In this document: piece after piece, positions 46,820-64,000 of the stretch
How the letters are laid out: every line of letters starts with the position of its first letter
How positions within the stretch are numbered: position 1 is the stretch's first letter
Assembly: GCA_002269645.1 (NCBI GenBank)
Contig: NIVC01000983.1
Coordinates: forward strand, 186,001-250,000
Length of the DNA: 64,000 nt
Source of the DNA: Macrostomum lignano
Lineage: Eukaryota
Direction of reading: 5' to 3'
The notes under the pieces: model-generated
What the model was told of the DNA's origin: nothing
The model's database searches: none
The model's input: only the letters and a program-made list of their open reading frames with translations
Translations under genes and position numbers: made by a program

Positions 46820-47488
46820 TGTTCTGTTTAGAAAATTTCGCGAGTAAATTCGATTGCGCCTTCAGACTGACTGACTCGGCGCCCGCCCCTCCTTGCGCCA
46901 TTTTAAGGGTTGCCTCCCGCTGCGCCTTATCAGCCGCGGTGCAATCCAGTTCACGCGAAGCCACCCCGCCCCTCCCCCCTCATGCAGTGCACTCAGGGTG
47001 CCAGAGACTTTCACAGAAAAAAGCACAACGCAAAAAACCTTCATGGACGTCTAATCGAAGCGTCCAGGAGAATCGGCCGGTTTTGGGCTCAGAAAAGATA
47101 AACAAAAAACTGTATTTTCTCACGACAACAAAAAAGTTAAAAAGCATTAAATAAAGAATCTGCGAAGTTTCATTCAAGATTTCAGCACATGGCCCGGGTA
47201 CTGAATTGCACCAATTTTAAGCCATTTAAAATTTATTTTCTCAACAATTGTCCTAAACTGTCTTTTTTAGATCAAAGCGCTGCCCTAAGGCTTGGGCTTA
47301 TATTATAGTGGCAATAGTCTATGGCCAAAAGTGTACTGTACCGCTGCCCCATAGCAGCCCAGCTAAAGCACTATATAGACTTATTGATAGGCAATGAAGC
47401 TGTTTCGAGTAGATGCAGACGCAGTTAAGGATTAGTGAACTACAATAGATAGAACAGCGGCACTGTTGCTAAGCGTCACATCTAAACT
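46820..47488. promoter_or_regulatory. putative bidirectional promoter between HDHD5 and TTLL10-like
   Basis: The divergent ATGs are 669 bp apart and the interval is repeat-free. GC box CCGCCCC at 46883-46889. Inferred from gene geometry. Confidence 0.6.
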
Positions 47489-55872
<8,384 letters not shown>

Positions 55873-56374
55873 ATAACCCATAACACATATCGCCCCCGTG
55901 CAAGCCCGAAAAGTGCAGCAGGCCGAGAAAATGTCGCAATGTACTTTTATATAAACTGCATATTGTCATACCTGCAGTAAGCGTGTGTATGCAGTATCAG
56001 GTGCAGTGCTGCACCTGTTAAAGAGAGGCACTTATTTTACTTAACTGTGTAGGGCTAATTGCTTACTAGTAGACTGGCAACATTCTTTGTAGGAATAAAT
56101 TTTCAAATGCACACTCAAAAATGCACTTTTAAAAAGAAACGCTCTCGGAGTTTTTGGACCCGAAACATTTCCTATAAAAATAACCGCGGCCCGAATATGT
56201 GACAATAAATATACTCAGAACTCTATTGACTGTATTTATTTAACTGGATGGCAGTCATAAATAATTTTAGTTGTAGTTTTGTAATTGGTAGGAGCTAAGA
56301 CTGACTGATTAGTACTGGCTTTTTATCGCTCTAGAAGCTGGTGGCCACCCACCCAGGAGATTGAGGCGCAGTAG

Positions 56375-58505
56375 CGATTCTAAAAGGGATCAGAAGAGGC
56401 GATTCTAAAAGGGGTCAGAGGAGGCGATTCTAAAAGGGGTCACAAGAGGATTCCTAAAAGTGGGCACAAGAGGCGATTCCTAAAAGTGGGCACAAGAGGC
56501 GATTCCTAAAAGGGGGTACAAGAGGCGATTCTAAAAGGGGGCACAAGAGGCGATTCCTAAAAGGGGGTACAAGAGGCGATTCTAAAAGGGGGCACAAGAG
56601 GCGATTCCTAAAAGGGGGTACAAGAGGCGATTCTAAGAGGCACAAGAGGCGATTCGTAAAAGGGGGAACAAGAGGCGATTCCTAAAAGGGGGCACAAGAG
56701 GCGATTCTAAAAGGGGGCACAAGAGGCGATTCTAAAAGGGGTCAGAAGAGGCGATTCTAAAAGGGGGCACAAGAGGCGATTCTAAAAGGGGGTACAAGAG
56801 GCGATTCTAAAAGGGGGGCACAGAAGGCGATTCTAAAAGGGGGAACAAGAGGCGATTCCTAAAAGGGGGCACAAGAGGCGATTCTAAAAGGGGCACAAGA
56901 GGCGATTCCTAAAAGGGGCACAAGAGGCGATTCTAAAAGGGGTTAGAACAGGCGATTCTAAAAGGGGGCACAAGAGGCGATTCGTAAAAGGGGGCACAAG
57001 AGGCGATTCTAAAAGGGGCACAAGAGGCGATTCCTAAAAGTGGGCACAAGAGGCGATTCCTAAAAGGGGGCACAAGAGGCGATTCTAAAAGGGGGCACAA
57101 GAAGCGATTCCTAAAAGGGGGCACAAGAGGCGATTCTAAAAGGGGTTAGAACAGGCGATTCTAAAAGGGGGCACAAGAGGCGATTCGTAAAAGGGGGCAT
57201 AAGAGGCGATTCTAAAAGGGGGCACAAGAGGCGATTCGTAAAAGGGGGCACAAGAGGCGATTCCTAAAAGTGGGCACAAGAGGCGATTCCTAAAAGGGGG
57301 CACAAGAGGCGATTCTAAAAGGGGGCACAAGAAGCGATTCCTAAAAGGGGGCACAAGAGGCGATTCTAAAAGGGGTTAGAACAGGCGATTCTAAAAGGGG
57401 GCACAAGAGGCGATTCGTAAAAGGGGGCATAAGAGGCGATTCTAAAAGGGGGCACAAGAGGCGATTCGTAAAAGGGGGCACAAGAGGCGATTCTAAAAGG
57501 GGGCATAAGAGGCGATTCTAAAAGGGGGCACAAGAGGCGATTTCTTAAAAGGGGCACATGAGGCGATTTCTAAAAGGGGCACAAGAGGCGATTTCTAAAA
57601 GGAGCACAAGAGGCGATTCTAAAAGGGGGCACAAGAGGCGATTCGTAAAAGGGGGCACAAGAGGCGATTCTAAAAGGGGGCATAAGAGGCGATTCGTAAA
57701 AGGGGGAACAAGAGGCGATTCGTAAAAGGGGGCACAAGAGGCGATTCGTAAAAGGGGGAACAAGAGGCGATTCGTAAAAGGGGGAACAAGAGGCGATTCT
57801 AAAAGGGGGCACAAGAGGCGATTCGTAAAAGGGGCATAAGAGGCGATTCGTAAAAGGGGGCACAAGAGGCGATTCGTAAAAGGGGGAACAAGAGGCGATT
57901 CGTAAAAGGGGGCACAAGAGGCTATTTCTAAAAGGGGCACAAGAGGCGATTCTAAAAGGGGGCACAAGAGGCGATTTCTTAAAAGGGGCACAAGAGGCGA
58001 TTTCTTAAAAGGGGCACAAGAGGCGATTTCTTAAAAGGGGCACAAGAGGCGATTTCTTAAAAGGGGCACAAGAGGCGATTTCTTAAAAGGGGCACAAGAG
58101 GCGATTTCTAAAAGGGACACAAGAGGCGATTTCTAAAAGGAGCACAAGAGGCGATTCTAAAAGGGGGCACAAGAGGCGATTCGTAAAAGGGGGAACAAGA
58201 GGCGATTCGTAAAAGGGGGCACAAGAGGCGATTTCTAAAAGGGGCACAAGAGGCGATTCTAAAAGGGGGCACAAGAGGCGATTTCTTAAAAGGGGCACAA
58301 GAGGCGATTTCTTAAAAGGGGCACAAGAGGCGATTTCTTAAAAGGGGCACAAGAGGCGATTTCTTAAAAGGGGCACAAGAGGCGATTTCTTAAAAGGGGC
58401 ACAAGAGGCGATTTCTAAAAGGGACACAAGAGGCGATTTCTAAAAGGAGCACAAGAGGCGATTCTAAAAGGGGGCACAAGAGGCGATTTCTAAAAGGAGC
58501 ACAAG
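56375..58505. repeat. ~23-bp satellite (AAGAGGCGATTCTAAAAGGGGGCAC) between the convergent TTLL and RNF10 3' ends
   Basis: About 90 variant copies. Confidence 0.96.
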
Positions 58506-59114
58506 AGACGAATATCATCATTCCTTCTAGCTTGGCAGGTCAATGTGAATTTAAAATGAGAACGACTGTTACTCTTGGCGGCTTTTTTGAATTGAACATT
58601 GGAATACAGTAATATTTATTACACGTAAGAGAAATAAAAGCAAAAAATAACACCACACTCGCTTGCTTATCAATAGTAAGATTTCTTGTAATTTTTAACG
58701 CTTGCATGCCTATTAATTATAACAATTTATTAATTAGACAAAACGCACCAGCGTACTCTACAGATCAGAGGGAAGGACAGGGCAGGTTAACAATTACAAA
58801 ACCGATATTAAAACAGCATATCTTACCTATAGCTAAAACAATTGAACCAGTGAACACCTGCGCTACAGATTTGAATTCTCAAGCAGTTTAATTGAAAGAG
58901 TCAATAATGAATAAGATAGCGACGGCACCCGACACCAAAAATGAAGCAGTTTTTGCTGCAGAGCCTACTAACAGTATGTCATTCCTACGCAAAAAAGAAG
59001 TTTGTGTTAAATGAATAACACAGGTTTTGATACCGTAAGCAGAATTGGTAAACACTTGAATTATTATTGATTACTCATTCTCAGTAGTTGTAAAAAATAG
59101 TAATTTATTAATAA

Positions 59115-61806
59115 TCAACAATCCTTTGGCGGCTCCTCATCCTCATCTTGCTGCTTCTGTTGCTCCTTGAAGAAACTGGCTCTGGCCGCTAATTTCTTCT
59201 TCCGCTGCTTCTGCTGCCGCCTGTTGCCGCCGTCGCCGTTGCCGTCGCCGTTGGTGGCGGCGGCGAGCAGCGCGCCAAGAGTGTCGCCCAGAGACGTCAA
59301 CGGCTTCGGTGCGGCTGCCAACGCGTCTTCGTCGACTTCGCCGCCATCGTCAGCGGAACGAGCAGCTGCGGCTTTACTATTAGAAGTAGTAGCAGTAGCA
59401 GTAGCAGCGGCAGGCTTGCCAAGCGCCGGCCAGGCGGCAGCGGCTTGGGCAAACGAGCGCACGCTGTTATTGCTGCTACTGGGAGCGGCAGATGATGAAG
59501 CGGCGGCGGCGGCCGCAGAGGAGGCGGCAACGGCGGCCAGAGGCGGGTCGGCCTCGGTGAAGGCGGGATTCTCGCGCGGCTCCCGGGCATTCATAGCCGA
59601 GGCGGTCACAACAATGCTCAGCGCTTCGCCCATCAGCCGGCGATCCTCGGCGTCGCGTCGGCGAGTCAGGCGACGCTCCTGGCGGGCCAGGGCCTGGCGC
59701 TGGCGCCGGCGTTCGTCTAGCTGGCGAGAGAATTCGTTCAAGCAGCGCCGGCTGAGCAGCGGCGGCCCGAGGTCCAGCTCGGCGATGGCCACGCTGCAGG
59801 TGAGCGGCAGGTGGCGCAGGTAGGCGGCTCGCTTGCGCAGGGCTGGCGTCACCGATAGCTGCGGCGGGAGGATTGGGATTTGGGATAGCAATTCCGTAGC
59901 TGGGGATTTCTGATTGGCAATGGGGATTTCTGATTGGCAATGGGGATTTCTGATTGGCAATGGGGATTTCTGATTGGCAATGGGGATTTCTGATTGGCAA
60001 TGGGGATTTCTGATTGCTAATGGAGATTTATGATTGGCAATGGGGATTTATGATTGCTAATGGGGATTTCTGATTGGCAATGGGGATTTCTGATTGGCAA
60101 TGGGGATTTCTGATTGGCAATGGGGATTTCTGATTGCTAATGGAGATTTATGATTGGCAATGGGGATTTCTGATTGCTAATGGGGATTTCTGATTGGCAA
60201 TGGGGATTTCTGATTGCTAATGGGGATTTCTGATTGGCAATGGGGATTTCTGATTGCTAATGGGGATTTCTGATTGGCAATGGGGATTTCTGATTGCTAA
60301 TGGGGATTTCTGATTGGCAATGGGGATTTCTGATTGGCAATGGGGATTTCTGATTGCTAATGGGGATTTCTGATTGGCAATGGGGATTTCTGATTGGCAA
60401 TGGGGATTTCTGATTGTTAATGGGGATTTCTGATTGCTAATGGGGATTTCTGATTGCTAATGGGGATTTCTGATTGCTGATTTCTGATTGCCAATTAAGT
60501 GACCAGTTGGACTTAAAATATGAAATAATTTTACTCAAACCCCCACCTGTTCAACGTGCAGCACAGCGGCTGTAATCCTAGGCGGACAGTTGGCGATGCC
60601 GCCATATTGCCAGGCCAGGCACTGCCAGTTGAGGCTGTGCAAGTACACGTGGCGCCCGTCAGCCGCCTGGTAGAAGTAGTGCGCCGGCTCCTCGCACACG
60701 GAGGTCAGCTTTGCTCGGCGGGCTGGCGGCGCCGGGCCGGCCGCACCGAAACTCGGCGGCGGAGTCGACGACGCAGTGGCTGCGGCACCGCCCTCGGCTA
60801 TAATCGACGTCGGCATCCGCTGCGGCGGGGTGGCCTCGGCAATCGGCGCCGCCGCAGCGCCAGCCGCCGACGCAGTAGTCGCCGAGGCTGCGTCGGCGAG
60901 AGCGCCGCCGAGACGGGCCAGAGTGGCGCTCCTGGCCGCTCGGACGAATTCGAGCTGCTCCGGGTCGGCTTCCGACTGGAGCTCGGCCAGTTCGGCCAGC
61001 TCGCGGGCGACCTGGAGGAGTAATTGGTTTTGGGTAGCGACACATTATCAATACTAGGGACATAATCATCGACACACTAGCGACATACGAGTAACCATGG
61101 TAACCATCGACACACTAGCAACATAATCATCGACACACTAAGCGACTTAACCATCGATACACTAAGCGACATAATTATCGACACACCAAGAGACATAATC
61201 ATTGACACATTAGCGACATGACCATCGACACACATGAAAAGCGAAATAATTATCGACACACTAAGCGACATAACTATTGACACACCAAGCGATATAATCG
61301 ACACATTAGCGACATAATTATCGACACACATGAATAGCGACATAATCATCGACACACAATCATCATCGACACTTTAGGACACAATATCGACCCAATTGCG
61401 ACACACTTTAATACAAATACCTACCACAAACTTGGCCACATCCTCAGCGTTGGCGGTGATCAGCTTGGCGAAGGCGGCCACAGCGGGCGGACAGTCGGCC
61501 AGGCGCGGCGGCGACAGGCTGCCATCGGCATCAGCGTACTCGCCGGCAGTCTGCAGACTGGCCAGCTGTTCAACAGGCAGCACCCGATTGTCGCCCTTTA
61601 ACCGGCGCATCAACAGCATGGTGATGCTGTCGCCAACTCGAACGCCTCCGCCGCCGACTCCGTCGCCACTAGTGTTGACATCGATATCGCCGGCATCAGA
61701 GGCGTTAGCGGTGTCGGCGATTGGGCAGAGGCTGCGAAGATCGGCCGGATAAATGTGCTCGGCGCAGATGGCGCATTTCTTGGAGTTGCGGCCGGCGTTC
61801 TCGTAC
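59115..61806 (-). CDS. RNF10: RING finger protein 10 (RNF10/Mag2 family), 3' exons only; 5' exons not found in the window
   Basis: Exons 61806-61425, 61011-60547, 59858-59115. KCAICAEHIYPADLRS (last RING Cys pair), ITMLLMRRLKG, HYFYQAADGRHVYLHSLN and YLRHLPLTCSVAIAELDLGPP...RRRQRQALARQERR match RNF10 conserved blocks. Confidence 0.88.
59885..60490. repeat. 21-bp minisatellite (TGGGGATTTCTGATTGGCAA-type) in RNF10 intron
   Basis: About 28 copies. Confidence 0.95.
61040..61380. repeat. degenerate ~24-bp minisatellite (ATCGACACACTAAGCGACATAAT) in RNF10 intron
   Basis: Direct reading. Confidence 0.85.
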
Positions 61807-61989
61807 CTGCACGGTGAGTTATGAGATGAATGAGTAGGACATGAGGATGTAGACAATCAGTACGAGTCGTAAGCCTAGTGAGTACTTGTAGTACAAAGAA
61901 TTATACAGATATTATCCGCATATAAAGTGATTTTCAGTTGCATTTAAGGGGTGCTTAAAAATTGGAAAATGGGAGACTTGCATTGAGAG

Positions 61990-62840
61990 AGGGGTTTCTA
62001 TGGTGAGAAAAAATGTTTTGATGAGGGGGGAGAGGGGATTTCCATGGGGGGGAGAGGGTTCTATGGGGAGGCAGGATTTCCATGGGGAGGGGATTTCCAT
62101 AGGGGGAGAGGGGATTTCCATGCGGGGGGAGAGGGTTCTATGGGGAGGCAGGATTTCCATGGAGAGGGGATTTCAATGCGGGGGGAGAGGGTTCTATGGG
62201 GAGGCAGGATTTCCATGGGGAGGGGATTTCCATGCGGGGGGAGAGGGTTCTATGGGGAGGCAGGATTTCCATGGGGAGGGGATTTCCATAGGGGGAGAGG
62301 GGATTTCCATGCGGGGGGAGAGGGTTCTATGGGGAGGCAGGATTTCCATGGGGAGGGGATTTCCATAGGGGGAGAGGGGATTTCCATGCGGGGGGAGAGG
62401 GTTCTATGGGGAGGCAGGATTTCCATGGAGAGGGGATTTCCATGCGGGGGGAGAGGGTTCTATGGGGAGGCAGGATTTCCATGGGGAGGGGATTTCCATA
62501 GGGGGAGAGGGGATTTCCATGCGGGGGGAGAGGGTTCTATGGGGAGGCAGGATTTCCATGGAGAGGGGATTTCCATGCGGGGGGAGAGGGTTCTATGGGG
62601 AGGCAGGATTTCCATGGGGAGGGGATTTCCATAGGGGGAGAGGGGATTTCCATGCGGGGGGAGAGGGTTCTATGGGGAGGCAGGATTTCCATGGAGAGGG
62701 GATTTCCATGCGGGGGGAGAGGGTTCTATGGGGAGGCAGGATTTCCATGGGGAGGGGATTTCCATAGGGGGAGAGGGGATTTCCATGCGGGGGGAGAGGG
62801 TTCTATGGGGAGGCAGGATTTCCATGGAGAGGGGATTCCC
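61990..62840. repeat. G-rich compound minisatellite (GGGGATTTCCATGCGGGGGGAGAGGGTTCTATGGGGAGGCAGGATTTCC...) in RNF10 intron
   Basis: Direct reading. Confidence 0.93.
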
Positions 62841-64000
62841 GACCGGAAACAATTGTTCTTTAAATGCGTCAAATAGCACATAAAAAATAAATTGGGGGGA
62901 ATCCCAAAATAACTGTCGAAACGACACGAAATTTGTGAGAATCGACAATTGGTGGCACAGCTTGGCACAAATATAACTGTGCCAAGCTGTGCCAACTGGC
63001 ACATGTGACACAATTAAGAATCAAATTTTTAATTGTGCACTGCTGTGCCACAACTGTGCCACAACTGTGCCAGTTGTCTGAGCCATTTTTGAATGCTTAT
63101 AATTGTGCACAACTGTGCCATAAATGTACCATTTGGCACCATACGAGTAAATGTGCAGCTAGAAGCAGTTAAACTAGCGCGTACTGTGCCATTTGGCGTA
63201 AATTCTCCAGACGAGTGAATTGCAGTTTAAAGCAGTTGAACTAAGCGCATAATATGCTATCTGATGCTATTATAGTTGACCCGTTAGTCAACTACGAGTT
63301 ATGAAGTGTATGTATGAAGTAGCTAACATTTTGCGAGAAGTCCTTCTCATGTTTAAATGAGGGAAGACAAATTGAAAAGAGTTGTCAATGTAAATTAAAC
63401 TTTAAAATAATGTTGAGCGCGAACATAAACAGATTAAAACAGTTGGAAAAAGGGATGTTGCATAAATACGTATATATTTAATGGGAAGTAGCAAATAGGA
63501 CAAAAAAACATGTATAAAACAGGAAAAAGGGGAGGCTGCGGAATTAAAAAATGCATACTAGAAGTTAACGGAAAGAAACATAACAGACAGCGGACATTGG
63601 ACAGGAAACAAAAAACAACGTAATTAAAAAGCGCGGTGCATGAAAATTGTGGTGCCAGTCAAAGAGTTTACACTTCTAATACATTTGAAACCAAAACATG
63701 CAATGTAACAAATTAACTACTGAGTCGACTACACGTGGCACAGGATTTTAATGTAACAACATGTATACATCTAATGTATACACTAATTTAAAAAGCACAA
63801 ACAAACAACTAGATAAAAAACAAGCAATTAGTGAAACCAACTCCAATACCTCTGTTCCCCTATACTTTTCTAGTTAGACAACAAGTCTGATTCCTGGTGC
63901 TATTGTAATTTACGAGTCTGGAACTAACTATAGTAATGTAGTTGGTTACTTTATGTGGGAAAGAGCATATTTCCAGGGGAAAACAAAACCAGAAACATGA

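Noticed and set aside
62850-64000. Missing 5' RING exons of RNF10
   Set aside because: No CxxC/CGH-containing frame was found on the minus strand in this AT-rich stretch; the exons are presumed to lie beyond the window.

Overview
This is a repeat-rich eukaryotic (metazoan) window with GC-rich, poly-Q/poly-A-rich exons separated by introns mostly filled with gene-specific minisatellites. By hand estimate about 40% of the window is tandem repeat. The style resembles the flatworm Macrostomum lignano, but this is inference and was not searched. Seven genes can be reconstructed by hand with GT-AG junctions and consistent phases: a 13-finger C2H2 protein (+, 5' end uncertain), an intronless Shaker/Kv1 channel (+), an intronless stomatin (-), a RUNX factor (-, 5 exons), an HDHD5/CECR5 HAD hydrolase (-, 9 exons), a TTLL10-like ligase (+, 9 exons, head-to-head with HDHD5) and the 3' part of RNF10 (-). 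There is also a weakly supported orphan gene at about 12.3-19.5 kb. Mobile DNA comprises a DD34D mariner with one premature stop, a DD34E Tc1 with 135-bp TIRs, a nested foldback/MITE complex and a tRNA-derived SINE. The most interesting points are: a Kv1 S4 lacking one charge triplet; a RUNX ending in FWRPYKE instead of terminal VWRPY; a 20-bp minisatellite present as two large inverted arrays around an exon; intronic minisatellites whose units look like splice sites or transcription-factor sites in the host-gene sense; and a possible HDHD5-RUNX trans-spliced pair. All exon models, copy numbers and family assignments were made by eye, with no alignment or database search.
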